From Lacibacter sp. (lineage in GTDB: Bacteria > Bacteroidota > Bacteroidia > Chitinophagales > Chitinophagaceae), in the NCBI GenBank assembly GCA_049240625.1, contig JBMLSG010000004.1:41351-105350 (forward strand): a stretch of DNA of 64,000 nucleotides, given 5' to 3'. Each line of letters opens with the position of its first letter. Position 1 is the stretch's first letter. A program made the position numbers and the translations under genes. Below the pieces are notes generated by a model. The model made no database searches, was not told the DNA's origin, and saw nothing but the letters and a program-made list of their open reading frames with translations. This document shows positions 47,057 through 57,258 of this stretch, one piece after another.

Positions 47057-48052
47057 ATGAAGAATCGTACGCTTCGCACTTTTTTGTACGTTTTCTCCTT
47101 TTCAATATTGACGTATTCGGTGGCAAATGCCCAGATTGGGTTGTCTACCTCTAATTCCCGTTTTGAAATTGGTCTGAACATCGGTCCCATGAATTTTTTG
47201 GGTGATTTAGGGGGTAACCGCGGCAAAGGTACCATCGGTCCCAAAGACAATAATTTACCAGTTACGAATGTCATTGGCGGGATTGCGGTATCCTATTATA
47301 CGCGCGAATGGTTTGGATTTCGTCTTGCTGGAAATATTGGAAGAATGCAGGGGGATGATCGTTTAATCAAGCAAAATCAACCTGCCGACACGTATGAAGG
47401 TGCTCGCAAATACCGTAATCTATCGTTTCAATCTCCTTTATACGAGGGCTATGTAGGAATTGAGTTTTATCCTACAGTGCTTCTAAGTATGCGCAAGGAC
47501 ATGGGATTGCCCCGTTTAAGACCATATCTCATCGGCGGGGTCGGGCTTTTCAAATTCAATCCACAAGGTCTTTATCGTGATCCTTCCGGAAATGAATTCT
47601 GGGTTGATTTAAAGCCATTGCGATTAGAAGGGCAGGGGATGGCCGAAACCGGAATTCCCGAATACAAACTTGTTTCCTACAACATACCATTAGGGGTAGG
47701 TATCAAATATGATTTAACTGAACGCATCACATTTGGAATAGAATTGATTCATCGTATGACTGGCACCGACTATATTGATGATGTAAGTAATAAATACATA
47801 GATCCGGTTTTATTCGACAAATATCTTTCTCCGGAAAATGCAACTTATGCGAAATATTTGTGGAATCCTAGTGAGTATTACCCATCACAACTTCCCGGAT
47901 ATTTTCCTTACACTGCGGGCAAGAAACGCGGAAATCCAAAACGTAATGACTCTTATTTTGCCAGCACATTTCGGTTGACATGGAAAATCGGAGATGTTTA
48001 TGCCGACTGGTTCCGTAACAGGAATTCATTAAAATGTCCGGCCTATTTTTAG
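47057..48052 (+). CDS. Outer-membrane beta-barrel protein (DUF6089/PorT-like)
   Basis: Signal peptide, GPMNFLGDLGG, TDYIDDVS, alternating beta strands and C-terminal Phe. Confidence 0.7.
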   Translation: MKNRTLRTFLYVFSFSILTYSVANAQIGLSTSNSRFEIGLNIGPMNFLGDLGGNRGKGTIGPKDNNLPVTNVIGGIAVSYYTREWFGFRLAGNIGRMQGDDRLIKQNQPADTYEGARKYRNLSFQSPLYEGYVGIEFYPTVLLSMRKDMGLPRLRPYLIGGVGLFKFNPQGLYRDPSGNEFWVDLKPLRLEGQGMAETGIPEYKLVSYNIPLGVGIKYDLTERITFGIELIHRMTGTDYIDDVSNKYIDPVLFDKYLSPENATYAKYLWNPSEYYPSQLPGYFPYTAGKKRGNPKRNDSYFASTFRLTWKIGDVYADWFRNRNSLKCPAYF

Positions 48053-48098
48053 AGCTTTCAAATCGTAATCCCTATACACTCATCCAAATCCCTTAAAC

Positions 48099-48212
48099 AT
48101 GAAAACGCAAACCCACAAATTAAGCCCCGAAACTACCTTATGGTTACTTCGTATCGGACTGGTAGTACTGTACGTTTTGTTTTTTATTTACAAAAAGAAA
48201 TTATACCTGTAA
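48099..48212 (+). CDS. Candidate 37-aa single-TM microprotein
   Basis: MKTQTHKLSPETTLWLLRIGLVVLYVLFFIYKKKLYL; A at -3 and A-rich upstream; below the ORF-track cutoff. Confidence 0.5.
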   Translation: MKTQTHKLSPETTLWLLRIGLVVLYVLFFIYKKKLYL

Positions 48213-48354
48213 CGCTTTGAGTCTGGCTTGAAATCTGTTTTTAATTGTATGAAATCTTGTACGTCCACTTTCCTGTGAAGAACTATAAGATCTACTGCGA
48301 GCGATTTCAATTTCAAGAACCGGACTTGTTTCTTGGTCCGTACTCTATAAACGT

Positions 48355-48383
48355 TTGCCCCCTATTTTGGGGGCAACTATTTT
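48355..48383. terminator. Terminator at the 3' end of uvrA (probably bidirectional)
   Basis: ttgccccc-tatttt-gggggcaa. Confidence 0.65.
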
Positions 48384-51215
48384 TTATGACTTCAATTCAG
48401 GGATTAAAAAGCGAGCTGTGTGACTTTCTTTACAACGTGTTAAGTCTTCAGGCGTTCCTTCAAAGAGAATTTGTCCGCCACCATCTCCACCCTCAGGGCC
48501 AAGGTCTATAATGTGATCGGCAACCTTGATAACGTCCATATTGTGTTCAATCACCAAAACCGTATTCCCTCTTTCAACCAATTTGTTGAGTACCTGCAGT
48601 AGCAAATTGATATCCTGGAAATGCAATCCGGTAGTGGGTTCATCTAAAATATAGAATGTTTTTCCGGTGTCTTTTTTCGCAAGTTCTGTAGAAAGTTTTA
48701 CTCTTTGTGCTTCACCACCGCTCAAAGTAACGGCACTTTGTCCCAGTGTAATGTAACCTAAGCCTACTTCCTGCAGTACTTTGATTTTTCTGTACAGGTA
48801 AGGCACCGATTTGAAAAATTCGCAGGCTTCTTCCACCGTCATGTCCAAAACATCCGATATGGATTTGCCTTTATATCGTATTTCAAGTGTTTCGCGGTTG
48901 TAACGTTTGCCGTTGCATTTTTCACAATGAACGTACACGTCGGGCAGGAAATTCATTTCAATCACCCGCATTCCGGCTCCTTCACAAACGGCGCATCTGC
49001 CGGTTTTTACATTGAACGAAAAGCGGCCTGCATTATAACCCCTGATTTTTGCTTCGGGTACAGCAGCAAACAGTTGTCGGATTTCAGTAAAAAATCCGCA
49101 GTAGGTAGCCGGGTTGCTTCTGGGTGTACGACCAATTGGAGACTGATCGATTTCAATTACTTTGTCAATCTGTTCCAGTCCGCTTATGCTTTTGTACGGT
49201 AAGGGAGCTGTTTTGCTTTTATAGCAATGCTGATTGAGAATGGGATAAAGTGTTTCATTGATCAGGGTGCTTTTGCCGCTGCCACTTACACCTGAAACGA
49301 CAATAAATGTACCAAGCGGAAATGTTGCGTTAACACCGCGTAAGTTGTTTCCGGATGCGCCTTTTAAAACCAAGTTCTTTCCGTTTCCTTTTCTGCGTTG
49401 ATCCGGAACAGGTATTGTTTTGGTGCCATTCAGATATTTTGCTGTTTCGCTATCTTGAGTCAGTAGCTGATGTGGAAGTCCGGCTGAAACAACTTTCCCT
49501 CCATGCTTTCCGGCTTTGGGTCCGATGTCAATTAAGTAATCTGCCGCCAGCATGATGTCTTTATCGTGTTCAACGACAATGATACTGTTGCCCAGATTTC
49601 TTAAGTTTTTAAGTGCATCGATCAGCTTTTGATTGTCACGTTGATGTAGTCCAATGCTGGGCTCATCCAAAATGTAGGTAATGCCCCGGAGTTGAGAGCC
49701 TATTTGTGTGGCAAGACGTATTCTCTGGCTTTCTCCTCCGCTTAAAGTACGTGAGGTTCTGTTTAGTGTTAGATAGGAAAGGCCTACGTTGAGTAAAAAT
49801 TGCAATCGTTCCCTGATTTCTTTAAGAATATCTTTTGCAATGAGCGCTTGATTGCGGTTGATTCGCAGCTCAATTCCATCAAACCAGGCAGCGAGATTGT
49901 CGAGATTCATATTCCCCAATTCGGCAATGTTTCTGTCTGCTATTTTAAACCATAAGCTCTCTTTTTTGAGTCGGTCGCCCTGACAGGAATTGCAGGTGGA
50001 AAGCTCCATGAAACCTTCGGCCCAGTTTTGTACGGCTTCGCTCGTGCTGTTATGGAACCAGCGCCGAATTTGATTCACGATGCCTTCAAATGTTTTTTCA
50101 TTTTCAGTAGGCAGATCAGAAAAGTCGGAGTCTCCATGCAGGTCACCTTGTTCGTTTCCGTATAAGAGTAGGTTTTTTGCTTTGTCTGACAGGTTTTCAA
50201 ACGGGGTTTCAAGTGAAAATTTGTGCGTTTTGGAAAGGGAATGTACTTGTTTGAAAAAATAGCTGTCCCGTTCTTCACCCAGCGGTTGAATGGCCCCATC
50301 CTTAATACTCAAACTTTTGTCCGGAACGATCTGTTCCAGCGAAACATGATAAACAGTTCCTAATCCTTTGCATACGGGACAGGCCCCATAGGGTGAATTA
50401 AAGGAAAACGCATTGGGCGAAGGCTCTTCGTAGGAAATGCCTGATTCTTCACACATAAGTTGTTTGGAATAGGAAACGATGGTTCCGTTTTCTGTTTCCA
50501 AAAACATCAATCCTTTTCCTAATTTAAGTGTTTGCTGGATGCTTTGCCGGATGCGGAGTTGAAATTCGTCGCTAACTTTTAAGCGGTCGATCACAATTTC
50601 AATATCATGGATTTTGTATCGGTCAACCTGCATTTTGGGTGTCAGATCTTTGATCTCACCGTCCACACGTACTTTGACAAAACCTTTTTTTCGGATGTCT
50701 TCAAAAAGCTCTCGGTAATGGCCTTTTCGGCCTCTGATGATAGGGGCCAGAATAATGATTTTTTGATCCTGAAAGCGATCGAAAATATTGGATGCAATTT
50801 CTTCTTCGCTCCATTTAACCATTTTTTTGCCGCTGTTATAGGAATAGGCCTCTCCGGCACGGGCAAAAAGCAGTCGCAAGAAATCATATACTTCTGTAAT
50901 GGTGCCAACCGTGGAACGCGGATTTTTTCCGGTTGTTTTTTGTTCAATGGAAATCACCGGTGACAATCCTGTAATCTTGTCAACATCCGGGCGTTCCATG
51001 GAGCCTACAAATTGTCGGGCATAGGCACCAAACGTTTCCATGTAGCGTCTTTGTCCTTCGGCATAAATGGTGTCAAATGCCAGCGAAGATTTTCCGCTAC
51101 CGCTGATTCCGGTAACAACCACCAATTGATTTTTGGGGATGTTGATATCCAGATTTTTGAGATTGTGTTCTCTTGCTCCTGTCACTTCAATAAACTCTTG
51201 CGTATTTCCGTTCAT
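48384..51215 (-). CDS. uvrA: Excinuclease ABC subunit A (canonical)
   Basis: GAREHNLKN, GISGSGKSS, RTLSGGESQR, GRTPRSNPATY, RFSFNVKTGRC and LSGGEAQR motifs. Confidence 0.97.
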   Translation of the reverse strand: MNGNTQEFIEVTGAREHNLKNLDINIPKNQLVVVTGISGSGKSSLAFDTIYAEGQRRYMETFGAYARQFVGSMERPDVDKITGLSPVISIEQKTTGKNPRSTVGTITEVYDFLRLLFARAGEAYSYNSGKKMVKWSEEEIASNIFDRFQDQKIIILAPIIRGRKGHYRELFEDIRKKGFVKVRVDGEIKDLTPKMQVDRYKIHDIEIVIDRLKVSDEFQLRIRQSIQQTLKLGKGLMFLETENGTIVSYSKQLMCEESGISYEEPSPNAFSFNSPYGACPVCKGLGTVYHVSLEQIVPDKSLSIKDGAIQPLGEERDSYFFKQVHSLSKTHKFSLETPFENLSDKAKNLLLYGNEQGDLHGDSDFSDLPTENEKTFEGIVNQIRRWFHNSTSEAVQNWAEGFMELSTCNSCQGDRLKKESLWFKIADRNIAELGNMNLDNLAAWFDGIELRINRNQALIAKDILKEIRERLQFLLNVGLSYLTLNRTSRTLSGGESQRIRLATQIGSQLRGITYILDEPSIGLHQRDNQKLIDALKNLRNLGNSIIVVEHDKDIMLAADYLIDIGPKAGKHGGKVVSAGLPHQLLTQDSETAKYLNGTKTIPVPDQRRKGNGKNLVLKGASGNNLRGVNATFPLGTFIVVSGVSGSGKSTLINETLYPILNQHCYKSKTAPLPYKSISGLEQIDKVIEIDQSPIGRTPRSNPATYCGFFTEIRQLFAAVPEAKIRGYNAGRFSFNVKTGRCAVCEGAGMRVIEMNFLPDVYVHCEKCNGKRYNRETLEIRYKGKSISDVLDMTVEEACEFFKSVPYLYRKIKVLQEVGLGYITLGQSAVTLSGGEAQRVKLSTELAKKDTGKTFYILDEPTTGLHFQDINLLLQVLNKLVERGNTVLVIEHNMDVIKVADHIIDLGPEGGDGGGQILFEGTPEDLTRCKESHTARFLIPELKS

Positions 51216-51336
51216 AAAAGCAGCATTTAAAGAGCCGCAAAAACGAATTTACAGTCATATTCCCAGATGTGAGACAATCCTTTACTGTATTCGTGCGAAA
51301 CCGCTTCGGGTGTTTTGTTCGATATGAATTTTTCAA

Positions 51337-51344
51337 TAACTTTG
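51337..51344 (+). promoter_or_regulatory. -7 promoter element of the met/cys leader
   Basis: TAACTTTG, 18 nt before the riboswitch P1. Confidence 0.7.
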
Positions 51345-51362
51345 CACCAGTTCTTTAAAATG

Positions 51363-51475
51363 CTTATCGAGAAAGGCAGAGGGTAATGGCCCAACGAAGC
51401 CTTGACAACCTATCCCGTTGTTTGACGGGAAAAGGTGCCAATTCCATCTCCGTCCATAATGCGGGGAAAGATAAG
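51363..51475 (+). ncRNA. SAM-I (S-box) riboswitch
   Basis: P1 cttatc/gataag, GAGA, P2 aaggc/gcctt with kink-turn and pseudoknot bases, CAACC...GGTGCCAATTCC, and P4. Lies upstream of met genes. Confidence 0.92.
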
Positions 51476-51505
51476 TCAGATTCCAGCTTTATACTTCTAT
51501 CGCAG

Positions 51506-51546
51506 GCTCGTCTGATTTAATGGATGGGCTCTGGGTTTCTCTCTTT
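51506..51546 (+). terminator. Riboswitch expression-platform hairpin
   Basis: gctcgtct/ggatgggc stem with a pyrimidine-rich tail. Alternative antiterminator pairing agtcaga (51474-51480) with tctgatt (51511-51517) overlaps P1. Confidence 0.5.
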
Positions 51547-51723
51547 TCCGATTAAGACTATTTATCCGTTCTGCCCGTTATTGGTTTGCACACGAATTTT
51601 AATATTTGTTTAATGCAGATGTTTTATTGTTCGGCGAACGTTAAACAGGCTATGATAACAGGTTTTGTACATTATTCGGATAATGACGATTTAAAAGTTA
51701 GTAGATAAAAAATAAAAATTTAA

Positions 51724-53040
<1,317 letters not shown>

Positions 53041-53120
53041 AGACGTTGGATGGAAACAAACCGTTTTATTTAATGAGTCATACTGATAAAACGCGTTGTT
53101 AGAACAAGTATTTCAAGGGT

Positions 53121-54161
53121 ATGTCTACACATATTTTTACATATAGAAATGATTTTCGATTGGAATCGGGTGCTGTCCTTGAAGGATATCATCTTGCGTA
53201 TACGACCTATGGTACGCTCAATGATCGTGGCGATAATGTAGTATGGGTATTTCATGCTTTAACCGCTAACAGTGATCCGGCTGAATGGTGGGATGGCTTG
53301 GTTGGAGAAAATAAGTTATTTGATCCTTCACGATATTTTATTGTTTGTGTCAACATGCCGGGAAGTCATTACGGCAGTATTGGTCCTTTAGATCGGAATC
53401 CTGTTACAGGTGCCGGATATTTTCACGGATTTCCCTGGTTCACAACCCGCGACATGGTCCGTTCTTATGAACCACTTCGAAAGCATTTGGGTGTTCAAAA
53501 AATTAAGATCGGTATTGGCGGTAGTATGGGAGGACAGCAATTATTGGAATGGGCGATCGAGCAACCCCATTTGTTCGAATACTTGATTCCAATTGCCACC
53601 AATGCATTTCATTCGCCATGGGGAATTGCCTTCAACGCGTCACAACGGATGGCCATTGAAGCCGATCAAACATGGAGTGAGCATCATGAAAACGCAGGTA
53701 TGGACGGATTGAAAGTAGCCAGAAGTATCGCCTTGTTGTCTTACCGGCATTACGATGCATACACGAAAAGCCAGTTTGATGAAAAGGAAGATCGTCTGGA
53801 ACAATATCGAAGCGAATCGTACCAGCGCTATCAGGGACAAAAACTGGCCAATCGCTTTAATGCGTTTAGTTACTTTTTTCTGAGCAAAGGAATGGATGCC
53901 CATAATGTAGGGCGGGGGCGAATTTCTGTTAAAAATGCTTTGGAGCAGATTACGGCCAAAACATTGGTAATTGGAATCCGCAGCGATGTGCTTTTCCCTA
54001 TAACCGAGCAGCAGTTTCTGGCCGATTCAATTCCCGGGGCAAGATTCTGCAGTTTGGAATCGTTTTACGGGCATGATGGGTTTTTGTTAGAGTACAATCA
54101 GATACAGGAACATATTACAGATTTTTTGGAGAATGTTTCTATTGAATTATCAAAATCATAA
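53121..54161 (+). CDS. metX: Homoserine O-acetyltransferase
   Basis: HALTA, nucleophile elbow GGSMGGQQ, SDVLFP and YGHDGFL. Confidence 0.93.
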   Translation: MSTHIFTYRNDFRLESGAVLEGYHLAYTTYGTLNDRGDNVVWVFHALTANSDPAEWWDGLVGENKLFDPSRYFIVCVNMPGSHYGSIGPLDRNPVTGAGYFHGFPWFTTRDMVRSYEPLRKHLGVQKIKIGIGGSMGGQQLLEWAIEQPHLFEYLIPIATNAFHSPWGIAFNASQRMAIEADQTWSEHHENAGMDGLKVARSIALLSYRHYDAYTKSQFDEKEDRLEQYRSESYQRYQGQKLANRFNAFSYFFLSKGMDAHNVGRGRISVKNALEQITAKTLVIGIRSDVLFPITEQQFLADSIPGARFCSLESFYGHDGFLLEYNQIQEHITDFLENVSIELSKS

Positions 54162-54170
54162 TTAGTAAAT

Positions 54171-55433
54171 ATGGCAACACATAAACAATTGACAATTGGC
54201 TTGTTTGGATTTGGAGTCGTGGGTGAAGGTTTGTATCAGGTGCTGCAACAAACCCCATCGCTGAATGCCACCATTAAAAAAGTTTGTATTAAAAATCCGG
54301 AAAAAAAGCGCAATGCGCCGGCCTCTTTGTTTACAACCGATAAGGATGAAATATTAAATGATCCATCCATCAATGTTGTTGTTGAGGTTATCAATGAAAG
54401 TGAGCCGGCATTTGAAATTGCCAGCAGAGCTTTAAAAAATGGAAAGGATGTGGTGAGTGCGAGTAAGAAAATGCTGGCCGAACACATGCAGGAATTACTT
54501 GATTTGCAAAAGCAGACCGGACAATCACTTTTGTATGAAGCATCTGCTTGTGCTTCTATTCCTGTTATCCGGAATCTCGAAGAGTATTACGATAATGATC
54601 TGCTGCATTCCATTAAAGGGATTGTAAATGGCTCCACCAATTACATTCTTACAAAAATGTTTGAAGATAAATTGGATTTTAAAGAGGCCTTATTACAAGC
54701 ACAACAACTTGGTTTTGCCGAGGCAGATCCTACCCTGGATGTTGACGGATGGGATGCGGTCAACAAATGGGTATTGTTGTTGCTTCATGCTTATGGCATT
54801 CTTTCGCATCCTAAAAAACTGCTCTTCAACGGAATTCAGAATATTCAGGGAGCAGATGCTGTTGTAGGAAGAGAAAAGAATCTGGAAATCCGATTGGTAG
54901 GTCAGGCAAAGAAATTGCAAAATGGAAAAGTGGCTGCTTTTGTATTACCTCAATTTGTGAAGCATGACAATCCGCTATCGTTTGTAAAAAACGAGTACAA
55001 TGGAGCTGTGGTTGAAAGTTCGTTTGCCGACAAGCAATTTTTTTATGGAAAAGGTGCAGGTTCATTTCCAACGGCGTCGGCTGTTTTAAGTGATATTTCT
55101 GCTTTGACTTACCAGTATAAATATGAGTATAAAAAATTGTACTATCATAAACCCAATGAACTTTCAAATGATTATTATTTGAAAGTGTATGTAAGTTTTG
55201 ATGACTGGAGCTTTATTCCGCGTGACAAGTTTGAATGGATTGAAGAGTGGCATGCAGAAAACGATCGTAAATATCTGGTAGGCGTATTGCATGTACAGGA
55301 ACTGATGCAAAATGATTGGTGGAAAAAGAACAATACATCTCTGATTCTTACGCCGGAACCGCTGATTGAAGATGTTGAAATCAGAAATCTGAAAAAGAAA
55401 AGTCTGGAACTGGCCGGAATTGGAACGAATTAA
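54171..55433 (+). CDS. hom: Homoserine dehydrogenase
   Basis: GFGVVGEG, YEASACASIP, NGSTNYIL, GFAEADPTLDVDG and GKGAGSFPTASAV motifs. Confidence 0.93.
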   Translation: MATHKQLTIGLFGFGVVGEGLYQVLQQTPSLNATIKKVCIKNPEKKRNAPASLFTTDKDEILNDPSINVVVEVINESEPAFEIASRALKNGKDVVSASKKMLAEHMQELLDLQKQTGQSLLYEASACASIPVIRNLEEYYDNDLLHSIKGIVNGSTNYILTKMFEDKLDFKEALLQAQQLGFAEADPTLDVDGWDAVNKWVLLLLHAYGILSHPKKLLFNGIQNIQGADAVVGREKNLEIRLVGQAKKLQNGKVAAFVLPQFVKHDNPLSFVKNEYNGAVVESSFADKQFFYGKGAGSFPTASAVLSDISALTYQYKYEYKKLYYHKPNELSNDYYLKVYVSFDDWSFIPRDKFEWIEEWHAENDRKYLVGVLHVQELMQNDWWKKNNTSLILTPEPLIEDVEIRNLKKKSLELAGIGTN

Positions 55434-55525
55434 AGTTGGACCTTTCATTGTCCTGAATGAAACCGGGAATCAACTTGGTTTCGATGCGGGGCATTGGGAG
55501 TTTGGATAATCAGAAAAATATACAC

Positions 55526-56251
55526 ATGAGTCAATCTTCCTTATTGAATCAATTAAGAGAATCATTGGGCAAGGGTTTGGAGGCCGATCTGCAAACGTTA
55601 CAATCAATTTGCCCCGGTGAAACAGTTTTTTCTACCAGTTTTGGGATAGAAGATCAGGTAATTACACACCAGATATTTACGAACAATCTAAATATTCGTG
55701 TATTCACGCTGGACACTGGACGCTTGTTCCCGGAAACCTATTCAACCTGGAATCAAACCAGTGAAAAATACCGGCAACCGATCCATACGTATTATCCAAA
55801 TGCGGATTTACTGCAGGAGTTTGTAACCGCAAAAGGACCGAACAGTTTTTATGACAGCGTAGAGAACAGGAAAATGTGTTGCCATATCCGAAAGGTAGAG
55901 CCACTCAAGAGGGCATTAGTTGGTTTTAAGGTTTGGGTTACCGGAATTCGATCCGAACATTCAGGCAACCGACAGTCTATGGAACAGGTAGAGTGGGATG
56001 AAGCCAATCAAATTATAAAATTTCACCCTCTTTTGCATTGGAATGCCGAAGAAGTTAAGAACTTTGCGTTCCAAAATCAGATACCCTACAATTCCTTGCA
56101 TGATAAAGGTTTTGTAAGTATCGGATGTGCACCTTGTACCAGAGCTGTTCGTCCGGGCGAAGACTTCAGAGCCGGCCGGTGGTGGTGGGAGGATGCATCC
56201 AAGAAAGAGTGCGGCTTGCATGAGCACACAGTATCTGAGAAAAAGGATTAA
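55526..56251 (+). CDS. cysH: Adenosine 5'-phosphosulfate (APS/PAPS) reductase
   Basis: STSFG, LDTGRL, CC pair (MCCHIRKVEPL), CxxC (SIGCAPCT) and ECGLH: the 4Fe-4S APS-reductase type. Confidence 0.93.
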   Translation: MSQSSLLNQLRESLGKGLEADLQTLQSICPGETVFSTSFGIEDQVITHQIFTNNLNIRVFTLDTGRLFPETYSTWNQTSEKYRQPIHTYYPNADLLQEFVTAKGPNSFYDSVENRKMCCHIRKVEPLKRALVGFKVWVTGIRSEHSGNRQSMEQVEWDEANQIIKFHPLLHWNAEEVKNFAFQNQIPYNSLHDKGFVSIGCAPCTRAVRPGEDFRAGRWWWEDASKKECGLHEHTVSEKKD

Positions 56252-56301
56252 TTTTTTATTTATTAAACCTACTGGCATTGTAGACTAAATTGAACGATCA
56301 C

Positions 56302-57210
56302 ATGAGTTCTTATCATTTGAATTACCTGGAGCAACTTGAAGCAGAAAGTATTCACATTTTTCGTGAAGTTGCAGCTCAGTTTGAACGCCCGGCATTGTTA
56401 TTTAGTGGAGGTAAAGACTCCATTACATTGGTACAACTGGCCAAAAAGGCATTTGCTCCCGGCAAAATACCTTTTCCTTTGGTGCATATTGATACCGGCC
56501 ACAATTTTGAAGAAGCTTTGCAATATCGAGATTGGCTGGCAAAAGAGGTCGGCGCAACGTTGATTGTGCGGAAGGTTGAAGATACCATCAAACAACGCAA
56601 CCTAACGGAGCCTAAGGGTAAGTTTGCCAGCAGAAACTGGTTGCAAACCTACACCCTGTTGGATACCATCGAGGAATTTAAGTTTGATGCCTGCATCGGT
56701 GGTGCACGTAGAGATGAAGAAAAAGCCAGAGCAAAAGAACGGATTTTTTCGGTGCGGGATGATTTCGGACAATGGGATCCGAAATTGCAACGTCCCGAAC
56801 TTTGGAATATCTACAACGGACGGATTCACAAAGGTGAAAATGTACGTGTATTCCCAATCAGTAACTGGACTGAACTGGATGTTTGGAATTACATCAAAAC
56901 AGAAGCAATTCCGTTGCCTTCCATTTATTTTTCGCATGAGCGTGAGGTGATTGTACACGAGGGCCAGTTGATTGCGGTTTCTCCATTTATTATGATTGAA
57001 CCAACCGATGTCATTCTTAAAAAGAAGGTGCGCTATCGTACAGTTGGCGATATGACTTGTACAGCTGCTGTTGAAAGTTTGGCTACTACACTTGATGAAG
57101 TTGTTGATGAGATCAAGGCAACCCGAATCAGCGAAAGAGGAGAAACACGAATAGATGATAAAGTAACAGAAGCCGCTATGGAGGATCGTAAAAAAGGCGG
57201 CTATTTCTAA
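56302..57210 (+). CDS. cysD: Sulfate adenylyltransferase subunit 2
   Basis: LEAESIHI, FSGGKDS, GGARRDEEKARAKER and MEDRKKGGYF motifs. Confidence 0.97.
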   Translation: MSSYHLNYLEQLEAESIHIFREVAAQFERPALLFSGGKDSITLVQLAKKAFAPGKIPFPLVHIDTGHNFEEALQYRDWLAKEVGATLIVRKVEDTIKQRNLTEPKGKFASRNWLQTYTLLDTIEEFKFDACIGGARRDEEKARAKERIFSVRDDFGQWDPKLQRPELWNIYNGRIHKGENVRVFPISNWTELDVWNYIKTEAIPLPSIYFSHEREVIVHEGQLIAVSPFIMIEPTDVILKKKVRYRTVGDMTCTAAVESLATTLDEVVDEIKATRISERGETRIDDKVTEAAMEDRKKGGYF

Positions 57211-57258
57211 AAATATTTATTTCGATTTTAATTAACTGACTATTCAATACAAACCAAT

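Noticed and set aside
48245-48511. 88-aa ORF at the end of uvrA
   Set aside because: It runs through a terminator and overlaps the uvrA 3' end antisense, with no protein-like features.
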